This document shows, piece by piece, positions 16,372 through 25,016 of a DNA stretch of 52,202 nucleotides. Every line of letters begins with the position of its first letter. Positions within the stretch are counted from its first letter, which is position 1. Both the position numbers and the translations under genes were made by a program. The notes below the pieces were generated by a model, which was given only the letters and a program-made list of their open reading frames with translations, was not told the origin of the DNA and ran no database searches. This DNA comes from a virus (Duplodnaviria; Caudoviricetes): positions 1 through 52,202 of IMG/VR virus record IMGVR_UViG_3300037246_000766. The stretch is one strand, 5' to 3'.

Positions 16372-17196
16372 TTAGACGCGGCGCGAACCAGCTGAACGAC
16401 CACCTGTCTTCTTGGCGGTCTTCTTCGCTGTCTTCTTGTTCGTTTTGCGTCCGGTACTCGGCGTTGGAGTCTTCTTCTTCGGAGCGCTTGATGCCGGATC
16501 GGGCTCGACCAGAAGCATCTTCGTTGCTTCATCGCGCCTGCCCCAATGCATCTCTGCGTTCTCGTTCCAACCGACTCCCTTGAACAGAAGTTTCGGGTAA
16601 CTGACGCCATCGTCAAAGCCGATTTCGGTCACGACCTGAACGGGGAGCGTCCCCTTACTCTGCAGTGTGGTAACGAAGCCATCGAAGTTACGCAGCGACG
16701 TTGGTGCCACTTCGATCTTCATGATGGCGTCTTCCTCGTCAACCGAGTCGGCAGCAACTACTGCCAACAGTCGATTGTTTTTGCATGCCTTGCCCTCGCC
16801 TACCTTGGCGGTGCCAAAGACGTCCATCGGACAATCGGAACATGCTTCGTCGTTTTGACGATTCGTGCTGTTGGGAGACGAGACCAGGAGTTTCGGGTTC
16901 TCGTTGTGCGCCCAGCAGTCGGGGGGAGTCGGACTCTTTTCGTCGTAATCCTCTTCCCACCAGAAGTTGGCACTGATCCAACCCAGGATGATGAACTGGA
17001 ATGGTCCGTCCTCCTGGTGACCATCGGGGAACGTGAAGCGCTTGTTCTTCAAGCTGATCTTCTCGCCGCCCGCTTGGCCGATCTTGTCGCTGATCGCCTC
17101 CAGCGCTTTGTCCATCTCTGCCTGCGCATCCGCCGACAGTGCGATGGCTCCATTGCCTTTTTTCGCTAGCTTCTTAGCCATGTTGAGGTTCCTCAC
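16372..17196 (-). CDS. putative ssDNA-binding/annealing replication protein with Cys cluster and Lys-rich tail
   Basis: PDCWA, CSDCPM..FG, GKACKN and PTSL motifs typical of phage replication-module proteins; function is inferred. Confidence 0.55.
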   Translation of the reverse strand: MRNLNMAKKLAKKGNGAIALSADAQAEMDKALEAISDKIGQAGGEKISLKNKRFTFPDGHQEDGPFQFIILGWISANFWWEEDYDEKSPTPPDCWAHNENPKLLVSSPNSTNRQNDEACSDCPMDVFGTAKVGEGKACKNNRLLAVVAADSVDEEDAIMKIEVAPTSLRNFDGFVTTLQSKGTLPVQVVTEIGFDDGVSYPKLLFKGVGWNENAEMHWGRRDEATKMLLVEPDPASSAPKKKTPTPSTGRKTNKKTAKKTAKKTGGRSAGSRRV

Positions 17197-17573
17197 AAGT
17201 TACGTAGATTGAGTTTGTGCTTTTCGAATCCTGTAGCACCTGGGATCGGCTTACCACGACGCTCTTCCACTGCCTCGCGCCAAGCCTTAGCTGCTGGCCT
17301 CCGTTCCAACAGGTGGAAGGCTTTGTTCCGCGTGATGTACGCGTAGTACTTGTTCCAGTCGTTGATCTGTGGAACGGTTGTGATGCTGATTGACATCGTT
17401 GCAAACTCACCAGTCACTTTGCTGGTGCCCTCTTTGTTCATCCGCTCCAGAGCCGCCAGCTCTTTCTTGCCGTAAGCGTCTTTCTTTTTTTCGAGTTCAG
17501 TGTTCAAGCGTCGAATCTCTTCGCGCTCCAAATGGAGTTCGTCGGAGATAACTCCGAGTGTTTTTCGTGCCAT
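17193..17573 (-). CDS. conserved phage replication-module protein (coiled coil plus DW..Y...LLERR)
   Basis: PQINDWNKYYAYI...LLERRP...IPG motif. Confidence 0.65.
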   Translation of the reverse strand: MARKTLGVISDELHLEREEIRRLNTELEKKKDAYGKKELAALERMNKEGTSKVTGEFATMSISITTVPQINDWNKYYAYITRNKAFHLLERRPAAKAWREAVEERRGKPIPGATGFEKHKLNLRNL

Positions 17574-17599
17574 TGATAAGTCCTCACTTATGAAAGGTA

Positions 17600-17628
17600 A
17601 TTTTATAGGAAATCCCTCTCAGCAGCAA
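17600..17628 (-). promoter_or_regulatory. sigma70-like promoter
   Basis: TTGCTG-17 bp-TAAAAT on the - strand, intergenic, upstream of 17573. Confidence 0.5.
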
Positions 17629-17666
17629 TAGGGGGGAGGAGGGATGCGCTGCTGGAGGGTGGGGTA

Positions 17667-18416
17667 TTACCCCTGAAATGGTTCGTACAGTGTGAGTGAT
17701 TCCCAATCACCATCAAAGATCGCGTGTGCGAATCCATAGTGTACAGCCTGCTCTGCCGTAAGAAACGCATCTTCATGCAGTTGCATTTGATTGGTGAGCC
17801 AATCACGTTTCATCTGCTCCCCCCACCCTTTAGCTACACTGTGTTCACGGCCCATTGCTTTGACATAAATATCGAGCATGCGGTTTCGACTTTGAACCCA
17901 CTGCTCATAGAACGTCTCGAACTGTGTGCCGGTACCTTCGAACGATACCGTCCCCTTATGAAACATGTAGCGAGTGCTCTCTGGCATCATCACAAAGTAG
18001 TCAGCTGCGAGAGGGATGAGTGACGACATCGAACGTGCTTCCCCGTAGTTCAGCACGGTGATGGGGCAGGGAGACATCTTGATGGCGTTGTAGATTGCCA
18101 TCCCATGTGTCCAGCTGCCGCCGGGAGTGTTCAAGTGAACGAGGATGGGTGCGTCTTCATCTTCTTGTTGGAGGATGGACATGTTTTTGATGAAGCGGTT
18201 GGTTGTAACGTACTCGATGCCAGGGTCAACTGATGCATCGTGACTGTCGGCTCCTGCACCAACTTGATAGGTATGGTCACCGAGTAAGTAGAGCTGACGT
18301 CCCTCGATGTCAACACTCCACTCATGAAGATTGTGAACGGCGTCTGGAGCGTATGCGTCGTCTTCGCTCTCTTCCGCATCCTCGCAGACGAATTCTGGTC
18401 GTGTGATTTGGTTCAT
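17667..18416 (-). CDS. clpP: ClpP-family serine protease
   Basis: LNTPGGS...GMAIYNAI, catalytic Ser in EARSMSS, catalytic His in YMFH, and FLTAEQAV.YGFA. Confidence 0.85.
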   Translation of the reverse strand: MNQITRPEFVCEDAEESEDDAYAPDAVHNLHEWSVDIEGRQLYLLGDHTYQVGAGADSHDASVDPGIEYVTTNRFIKNMSILQQEDEDAPILVHLNTPGGSWTHGMAIYNAIKMSPCPITVLNYGEARSMSSLIPLAADYFVMMPESTRYMFHKGTVSFEGTGTQFETFYEQWVQSRNRMLDIYVKAMGREHSVAKGWGEQMKRDWLTNQMQLHEDAFLTAEQAVHYGFAHAIFDGDWESLTLYEPFQG

Positions 18417-20320
18417 GGCTTTACATATTCCTTGCTGATGATGCCTTCACCTGCCATCGGTAAATCGCGGCACCAGTCGGGGGCTATCGCAAACTCCTTC
18501 TCGGCTATTCTCAAACACTTCTCAGCACTCCGCTTGGGGACGCAGAAGATACCTTCATCATGCACGATGTTCACTAGACGGTATTTGTCTGCGATCCGGA
18601 GTAGTTGTTCGCCTACGATGATGCGTGCAAGACACTGCACTACATTCTCTGTGAGCAAACCCCCATAGATCTTGTCTTTCTCGTTGTACTTCCATGCTCT
18701 GCGTGTGTACTCGCCGGTGTCGCCCTGCACCGTCTCTGTCCAGGGACGGAGGTTTGGGTACCGGAGATACATCTCATTCGGTAACCAGATCTTACCTTTC
18801 TCGAAGGTGAGCGGTCCATACTCAATCAACTCCCCTCCCTGCCAGAGAGTTGGTATAAGATTCTGCATGTTAGCCCATTGATCTCGAATCGCTGGGAACT
18901 TTGCTCTGTAAGCTGACACACACTCTTTGGCGCGGCTTAGCTCGATGGGCATCTTTGGACCCATGATGCCTGCGGCCACCGTGTACTGGAACTTCGGCCC
19001 GCCCATCTGGTACCCGAGACCCAGGATGCAGACCTTACCTAGGAATCGTTGGACCTTCGAGACTTGATCCACCGGGATACGGTAGACGTCATGTCCCGCA
19101 AAAAGTTTGTAAGGGTCAGCATTCTTGTCCCCGGCATCAAATCTTCTGAACTGGTCCAAGAGATCGAATTGTCCTGCGAGCCACGCATTGACTCGGGCTT
19201 CGATCTGAGCTGAGTCAATAACGATAAGCACGTAACCTGCTGGAGCGACAATGCAAGCTCGTAGGCGTCCGTCCCTTGGGTAATTTTGTGGGTTGTTCTT
19301 ATCACCACCAGACCATCGGAGTGTATGCGCACCTCCATACTTAAGGAATAGTGGTAGTGCGGGCTCAGCATGAGAGATAAGTCGGGCGCTTCGAGTTTCA
19401 GCCAAATTCGAAGAGGCAGCTTGGCGTGCTCTAACCAAATCACGTACTCTTTGATCTGGGTGCATTTCGAGTTCTTGAAAGGCGAGGTCTGCTTTAGCAA
19501 AAGCGTATGTTGGTTTATGAGTTGTTGTAGATATTTTTTTAGGAGGCTCCACTCCTGCGTCTCGGAGTAGTTGAGCGAACGGTTCCCGCTTCGCCAAAAT
19601 CGACTTCTCGATACCAACCTTCTTAAAAAGCCTTTTCTTGCGGGCGATTTCACGCTTGTGCTCCTGTCGTGCTTTGATGACATCAACTTGGAGGATAGGG
19701 TTCGCGTAGCAGTTGATGGTGTGGTGTATGAGATCGAGTTCGTCCTGGGGGTACTCTTCCAACATCAGTCGGAAGATTCTCCACATCTCTTCAACATCCT
19801 GCGCGCAGTAAGTCCCCAGTTGCTTGAGTAACTCCCTCGGCAGATCTCGGACTCCTTTCGTTGCCCCCAACACGTCCTGTATCTTGCCCCTTCCACCGTA
19901 ATGTCGCGACAGTGTGTCGAGATCGTTGCGAATAGCGTTGCCGTGTAATGGGCGAGCCATCGACAGGGTGCAGTAGTAGTACGCTGGCACATGGCCGTAG
20001 TGGTGGCTAAGAATGAGCCCATCAAAGTTGGCGTTATGGGCAATAACAGCAGTGTCATCCCAGTCAATAGTATCGAGAATGCGAGCAATCGCATCACCGT
20101 GATACCACTTCGCGTGCTTTTGGCGGGACGTTTGGATTGAGACACACTGAGTTTTGAATCTTTCATCACGTACGTACTCCGTCATGGACGTCTTCACCTT
20201 ACGCAGTGAGTAGTCCTGATCGTAGAAGGTCTCGAAGTCGAGTCCTATTGTGCGGCTGGGGATTCTCATATGGCTACTATGCTGTTCAATTTCCCGCCTT
20301 TTGGCTAGGATTCTGTCCAT
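18413..20320 (-). CDS. family A DNA polymerase with 3'-5' exonuclease
   Basis: Exonuclease LDFET / AHNANFD / YCAQDV; motif A DSAQIEAR; motif B R...K...LGLGY; motif C VHDE. Confidence 0.95.
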   Translation of the reverse strand: MDRILAKRREIEQHSSHMRIPSRTIGLDFETFYDQDYSLRKVKTSMTEYVRDERFKTQCVSIQTSRQKHAKWYHGDAIARILDTIDWDDTAVIAHNANFDGLILSHHYGHVPAYYYCTLSMARPLHGNAIRNDLDTLSRHYGGRGKIQDVLGATKGVRDLPRELLKQLGTYCAQDVEEMWRIFRLMLEEYPQDELDLIHHTINCYANPILQVDVIKARQEHKREIARKKRLFKKVGIEKSILAKREPFAQLLRDAGVEPPKKISTTTHKPTYAFAKADLAFQELEMHPDQRVRDLVRARQAASSNLAETRSARLISHAEPALPLFLKYGGAHTLRWSGGDKNNPQNYPRDGRLRACIVAPAGYVLIVIDSAQIEARVNAWLAGQFDLLDQFRRFDAGDKNADPYKLFAGHDVYRIPVDQVSKVQRFLGKVCILGLGYQMGGPKFQYTVAAGIMGPKMPIELSRAKECVSAYRAKFPAIRDQWANMQNLIPTLWQGGELIEYGPLTFEKGKIWLPNEMYLRYPNLRPWTETVQGDTGEYTRRAWKYNEKDKIYGGLLTENVVQCLARIIVGEQLLRIADKYRLVNIVHDEGIFCVPKRSAEKCLRIAEKEFAIAPDWCRDLPMAGEGIISKEYVKP

Positions 20321-20492
20321 CTTCTTTGTAGAACGTCTTGGTCCACAGCACTTGGAGCACTGCGCGAAGCTCTTCGCTCTCCGTATTGGGAAGCTTAACT
20401 AGGACAGCATACCCTGCCTCCACTACCCTCGCAGTGGGTAGCTCTTCGAGTTCTTTTATGCGTGCAATTATTTTGTCATCTCGCTCAGTCAT
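20286..20492 (-). CDS. hypothetical protein
   Basis: Packed ORF with ATGA overlap. Confidence 0.5.
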   Translation of the reverse strand: MTERDDKIIARIKELEELPTARVVEAGYAVLVKLPNTESEELRAVLQVLWTKTFYKEDGQNPSQKAGN

Positions 20493-20725
20493 CTCTCCAT
20501 CCCCGCGTCTTCATCGAGTAGACCATGCATTATGGCGAGGCGAAACAGTTCTCGGTCATCCATATCAATGATGCCGGGAGTTCCGCTCGTCAAAAGCTCC
20601 TTTAGGTAGCCTGGATCTTTCTGGCATTTCTCCAGCTGGCATGTGATGATTCTCAGCTTCATGCTCAGGGAGATTACCGAGCCTTCGCGCTCTGTGCCTT
20701 TGGACAATTCTGTATGCATTTTCAA
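20489..20725 (-). CDS. hypothetical protein
   Basis: Packed ORF; G..G...MDD.EL pattern. Confidence 0.5.
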   Translation of the reverse strand: MKMHTELSKGTEREGSVISLSMKLRIITCQLEKCQKDPGYLKELLTSGTPGIIDMDDRELFRLAIMHGLLDEDAGMER

Positions 20726-21471
20726 TCACCACTGCGATTCGGAACAGTACCCCTGCTACCAACGCTGTTACGTAAAGTTTCTGAACTATGTTCTTTACCA
20801 TGTTGTTTTTCCGTAAACCTCCCCGGTGAATTTTCAGGTGGGAACACTTTCAACAAGTGCTTCACCTTCTCCTCTAGTCTGTCGTACATTCCCGCGATGT
20901 CTGGATGGGCTGGAGGCCGATCATCTTTGATGCAACCGACTTCGAAACCGTCAATGAGAATGGCAATGCAAGCGAGTGCATTACCAAGATGTGTAACACG
21001 CGTTGTTGGATCTTCCAGTTCTCCGTTCTCAAACTTTGCAATGTGTCGACGGAGTGCAGCAAGGTATACCGAAGTAAGGATTCCGCCAACTCTCCAGTTG
21101 TAGGCTCCATATTTTAGATGACCCTCCATCAGTGCGAGTGCCCCGTGGGCGACTGCGGTGTGTGGGAAAAGAGATAGATCGATTTTTGTTGTTGCGATTA
21201 GATCTTTTGGATTGGTTGGCTTCAGATCTGCAAGCACTTCCTCCCTCAAAATGAATGCGGGGATGGCATCCATCCCTACGGCCTCCCGCACTGTGTTCTC
21301 TGCATCCCGCAGTGTTTCAATCTGCTTTTGGAACTCAGGGTTCGCGACCACGTCAGCCTCGGTTACTTTATTGAGAGCATTTGAAGCGGCTTGGTTTCTC
21401 CTGTCCTGCTCCTCTGCTTTTAGATCAGCGAGATACTCCTTAAGGGGAATTGTATTTTTACTGTCGCCCAT
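20722..21471 (-). CDS. DUF5664-like (dATP/dGTP diphosphohydrolase N-terminal domain) protein
   Basis: NPKD....K..L.L.P, G..KYGAYNWR, Y..A..RH, ED..T...HLGNALAC..IL.D and DDRP motifs. Confidence 0.8.
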   Translation of the reverse strand: MGDSKNTIPLKEYLADLKAEEQDRRNQAASNALNKVTEADVVANPEFQKQIETLRDAENTVREAVGMDAIPAFILREEVLADLKPTNPKDLIATTKIDLSLFPHTAVAHGALALMEGHLKYGAYNWRVGGILTSVYLAALRRHIAKFENGELEDPTTRVTHLGNALACIAILIDGFEVGCIKDDRPPAHPDIAGMYDRLEEKVKHLLKVFPPENSPGRFTEKQHGKEHSSETLRNSVGSRGTVPNRSGD

Positions 21472-21688
21472 TCTCTTCTCCAAAGATTGCGTTGATAAGG
21501 GGGGAGTTGTCGTCGGTGCAGTGCAATGAGCGCCCACTTAAGTACGACAGCGCAGCAGAAGACACTGCTCCCAGGCCAATGAGCGTGACGAGTCCTCCTA
21601 CGAATAAGATTGCCATTGCGACTTTGATACTGATGACCACTGCGACGACCATCACAGCGAGAGTGAGCAGGACGTACCGTACCTTCAC
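21458..21688 (-). CDS. small membrane protein
   Basis: Two hydrophobic helices; GTG start with GGAGG RBS. Confidence 0.55.
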   Translation of the reverse strand: MKVRYVLLTLAVMVVAVVISIKVAMAILFVGGLVTLIGLGAVSSAALSYLSGRSLHCTDDNSPLINAIFGEENGRQ

Positions 21689-21777
21689 TTCTTCCTCCCA
21701 CACTTCGTACAGTAGAAGCGGGGAGGTTTGTTCTTTCGATACCGTGGGCGGAAGTTACATTTGTTCTTGCAACTCAT
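21685..21777 (-). CDS. tiny Cys-rich basic peptide (30 aa)
   Basis: MSCKNKCNF...YCTKCGRKK; exactly fills the gap with 4-nt overlaps at both ends. Confidence 0.4.
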   Translation of the reverse strand: MSCKNKCNFRPRYRKNKPPRFYCTKCGRKK

Positions 21778-23180
21778 TTGTCTCTCTCCTTCCTCAGAGT
21801 GGCTAGGAAGCTCTCCATGCGCTTGGTCTTGCGTATGAGGTTCCCGTACACACGCTGCTCTACGCGACAGCCCCGCGCTTCGACCAGGATGGTCTCTGTC
21901 TTGTGCTTCTGTCCCCCACGGTAGATACGGTGGATGAACTGCTTGAGGTAGTCGGCCTCATCGAACGGTGAGGAGATGATTGTTGCTCGCCCTCGCGTGA
22001 GTGTGAGTCCGTGCGCTCCCGTCTTAGGATGCATCGCAAGACACTGATACATCCCATCTTGATATTCCTCAATGATCTCTTCTCTTCGCTTGTCAGGAGT
22101 ATTCCCATCCATAACTGCGTAAGAGATTCCTCGCTTGTCGAATTCAAGTTTGAGTTCTTCACGTTGGTGCTTCCAATTGAATGACACGACCGAGTGCTCT
22201 CGTGCCTCCACTAGGTCAGCAATGAGCGCGTAGCGACTACGGTCGATGATTTTGTAGGTTGGGTCACGACGCCTGTCCCTGTCGTCGTCCCCATATGCTG
22301 CTCCGCTTGCAATTTGTAGCAGCTTGCCTCTCAGAACTCCCTCGTTGATAGCGGATACCGAACCCTGTTCTTCGAGGATGATGATTGCTTTCTCCACCAT
22401 CTCATCGTACGCACGCTTGAGCCCGAGTGGCATGTCGAAGTGAACCGTATACATGTGGTTCTTTGGGATGTCCATGCACTCGTCAAAGGCGTGACGTACC
22501 GAGAGCTTCGCAAGCTTTTTAGCGACGGCTGCTTCAGCCATCTCTTTGTCCACCCATTTCCCTCCGTATTTATTACCCTTGTAGTACTCACACACTATGT
22601 TGCGAAACGCAGTGAATGAGGTACCCAAGAGCTTACCGTTGTCCAACAGCATCATCTGATTCCACACATCAAGAACTGTGTTGGAGTTGGGCGTGCCGGT
22701 AAGACCGATACGGATTGGGAAGTGGTGTTTGATTTTTGATATCGCTCGACTGCGTCCACTCGTCCTGTGCTTGAACGCTGTGATCTCATCAATGAGTAGC
22801 GTGGGCTCCTTGCCGAAGCGCTTGAAGAACGATGGCTTCTGCTTGGCGAGCCACTTCACCGCGTCTGTGTTGGTGATGTAGATGTCAGCCTCGATGTTGA
22901 AGGCTTCCTCTCGGTTCTCAGCGCGAGCGATAACGATGGATAGGTTGAGCGGGAGAAATTTTCGTATGTCATCGAACCATGCTGACTTGAGCAGGGTCTT
23001 GGGTGCGATGATAATGAGACACCCTTTTCCTTTCCTCCTACGCCACAACCATACTTCCGCATGGGAGCGTGTCTTCCCTGTGCCTGGATCGGATGTGTCG
23101 TATACGATCTTTCGGCGCTTGCTGAATACTACTGTCTGCTTTTGATGCGACCAGAACGGCGCAATTTTACGTGCTGCCAC
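21774..23180 (-). CDS. SNF2-family (SF2) helicase
   Basis: PGTGKT, IDE, GLTGTP, KLLQIASG, GAHGLTL and Q...RIYRGGQ motifs. Confidence 0.92.
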   Translation of the reverse strand: MAARKIAPFWSHQKQTVVFSKRRKIVYDTSDPGTGKTRSHAEVWLWRRRKGKGCLIIIAPKTLLKSAWFDDIRKFLPLNLSIVIARAENREEAFNIEADIYITNTDAVKWLAKQKPSFFKRFGKEPTLLIDEITAFKHRTSGRSRAISKIKHHFPIRIGLTGTPNSNTVLDVWNQMMLLDNGKLLGTSFTAFRNIVCEYYKGNKYGGKWVDKEMAEAAVAKKLAKLSVRHAFDECMDIPKNHMYTVHFDMPLGLKRAYDEMVEKAIIILEEQGSVSAINEGVLRGKLLQIASGAAYGDDDRDRRRDPTYKIIDRSRYALIADLVEAREHSVVSFNWKHQREELKLEFDKRGISYAVMDGNTPDKRREEIIEEYQDGMYQCLAMHPKTGAHGLTLTRGRATIISSPFDEADYLKQFIHRIYRGGQKHKTETILVEARGCRVEQRVYGNLIRKTKRMESFLATLRKERDK

Positions 23181-23332
23181 GGGGGTTCCTCACTGCTTTG
23201 GCTTTACTGCTCGGCGTCGAGCAAGCACATTTTACCACGAGATTTGCTTTGTGGTCTACCATCCAGTAGTTGTGAGTCTGCCCCACGATCTTGACGGGAG
23301 CCCCCACAGAAGGCAGGTAACAGAAGACCCAC

Positions 23333-23605
23333 TTACCCTTTTCCGGACATTGTCCTTTGGGGGCTGAATCGGTCGATTTCTTTCCAGTCATTTGCTGCCT
23401 CGATGTACTCCATCATTTCCAATGCCGCAGGCCACTCAGGATGCTTAGTGAGATCTGGAGACCGATCTACCCCTTCTGCCCGCTCGGTGTCCAAGCGAAC
23501 TCGATCTGCATACAGCGTCAAAATTTTGTAGAAATTCTGAACCTCATCCGGGGTGTTCAGGGTCACTATCAGCTCCATCACTTTCGGCTGAGTCTTGTGC
23601 TTCAT
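23333..23605 (-). CDS. hypothetical protein
   Basis: Protein-like ORF in the operon; start uncertain. Confidence 0.45.
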   Translation of the reverse strand: MKHKTQPKVMELIVTLNTPDEVQNFYKILTLYADRVRLDTERAEGVDRSPDLTKHPEWPAALEMMEYIEAANDWKEIDRFSPQRTMSGKG

Positions 23606-23897
23606 CGTTAACATTTCCATCTCCATCTGTGTGTTCCAGTTGCGGCTCGGTGACTTCACTCGGATCAGTGAGCAGTATGGCGACGGGCTCGATCTTCACA
23701 GTTCCCATCTCGATGCCGGGTTGGAAGATCGCAATTGTCATGACACGCTTGCCGGTAGGTACGTATATAGCCGGGATCAGTGTGATCTTGTGACTAATCC
23801 CCACGACGCCCTCGACTATTAACTGAGCGAGTGCAACTTCCTCTGGTTTATACTCAACACCAGGGAGAGGATTGAATTCATCAGGTAGATTGCTCAT
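23544..23897 (-). CDS. hypothetical protein
   Basis: GAGG RBS; ATGA overlap. Confidence 0.6.
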   Translation of the reverse strand: MSNLPDEFNPLPGVEYKPEEVALAQLIVEGVVGISHKITLIPAIYVPTGKRVMTIAIFQPGIEMGTVKIEPVAILLTDPSEVTEPQLEHTDGDGNVNDEAQDSAESDGADSDPEHPG

Positions 23898-24193
23898 GTG
23901 TTCCTCTCGAATTTGATTTTGCCTTTCTCCATCAATAGCTCAAGTGCCCGCTGATACAACGGCATGCTCACGGAAGCTCTGATGAATGCTGATATGCCTG
24001 TTGGAGAGAAGTACTGGTAGTCTTCCTCCCCGTAGCGCAAGCAGACCTCTTGGCCGTAGTAGTCGTCAGGGTACACGTAGACGTCGATCCTCTCGTGCGG
24101 CGTTGGGTTCCCGTATGTGAAGGACCCCACGTAGCAGTCGTGTCCATGCGTGCAGTGATCTGTATGAAACGGTTCTCCCATCTTATCCCCCAC
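23894..24193 (-). CDS. hypothetical protein
   Basis: H.DHC...C.YVG...DVYV...RYG....Y.S pattern, which I recall from phage accessory proteins. Confidence 0.6.
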   Translation of the reverse strand: MGDKMGEPFHTDHCTHGHDCYVGSFTYGNPTPHERIDVYVYPDDYYGQEVCLRYGEEDYQYFSPTGISAFIRASVSMPLYQRALELLMEKGKIKFERNT

Positions 24194-24515
24194 AGAGTTT
24201 TCGTATGAACCAGCATGGCTTTGTTACGTGTTCCACTTTGACAATGACTCCCAAGGGTTTTTCCTCTTTGTCAGAAGTGAACTCGTACACAGGCTCCGTA
24301 AGATCGAGAATACGGTGCAGTGTCCAGTGTCCTTTCGGTATTCCTACCCCTGCCACCTCGTTTGCTGCTTCAGCAGTGTCGTAGCGTGACGCTTCTAATG
24401 GGCTCGTAACCCATGTGAAGCTGTTTTCTGAAGTTGAATACATATGTCCGGAATAGATTTTCGTGACCTTCATCCACAGGCCAGTTTCTCGTACCTTAAC
24501 TATGTAGCGGTTCAT
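24183..24515 (-). CDS. hypothetical protein
   Basis: GGAG RBS; ATGA overlap. Confidence 0.55.
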   Translation of the reverse strand: MNRYIVKVRETGLWMKVTKIYSGHMYSTSENSFTWVTSPLEASRYDTAEAANEVAGVGIPKGHWTLHRILDLTEPVYEFTSDKEEKPLGVIVKVEHVTKPCWFIRKLCGG

Positions 24516-24724
24516 CGTCTCTTCTCCACGCAAATTGTTCGTACCATATCGAACGTGTCCCTATCCCCATAGAACGCCCATCCATTATTCGCTTCGACTG
24601 CCCGCTTCTTACACGCAGCTGCGGTCAAGAGTCTGTCATCTGGAACCACGACTGTAGGTCCGTTGGTAAAGATAGTGATAAGAAGGAGGATAGTGTTAAG
24701 AGGAACGACGAGAGTCGGGTCCAT
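24512..24724 (-). CDS. small exported/membrane protein with two Cys
   Basis: Hydrophobic N-terminus; AAACK...TICV. Confidence 0.5.
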   Translation of the reverse strand: MDPTLVVPLNTILLLITIFTNGPTVVVPDDRLLTAAACKKRAVEANNGWAFYGDRDTFDMVRTICVEKRR

Positions 24725-25016
24725 ATTCCTTTCCTCTTGCTCTTGCTCGTGAGCCGAAGCCGGTGATGTATCGTTTGATGGGTGTAGTACTAGGTGCTAT
24801 AGAGCGGAGGTACGTGCGCTTGTGCATCCGGTACACCGCTCGTGTGCATTCAGGGTGTAGGGTGAAGTGATAGGTTTGTATGGGGACGGTGCCCATGGCT
24901 CCGTGGTATTTTTTGATCGTTCCCAGCTTGGGAACATAGAGATGGGGGCGCTTGCCAATTGTTTGCTTCATAGCAAGTTTGCGGATCGACTTGAGAACAG
25001 TGGTCTTGTTGCTCAT
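24696..25016 (-). CDS. hypothetical basic protein
   Basis: Packed ORF with GAGG RBS. Confidence 0.5.
   Translation of the reverse strand: MSNKTTVLKSIRKLAMKQTIGKRPHLYVPKLGTIKKYHGAMGTVPIQTYHFTLHPECTRAVYRMHKRTYLRSIAPSTTPIKRYITGFGSRARARGKEYGPDSRRSS

Noticed and set aside
11127-21471. Complete Z-genome (2-aminoadenine) pathway
   Set aside because: No PurZ/adenylosuccinate synthetase-like ORF in the window, and the HD protein looks like the common YfdR type. Kept only as an open modification hypothesis.
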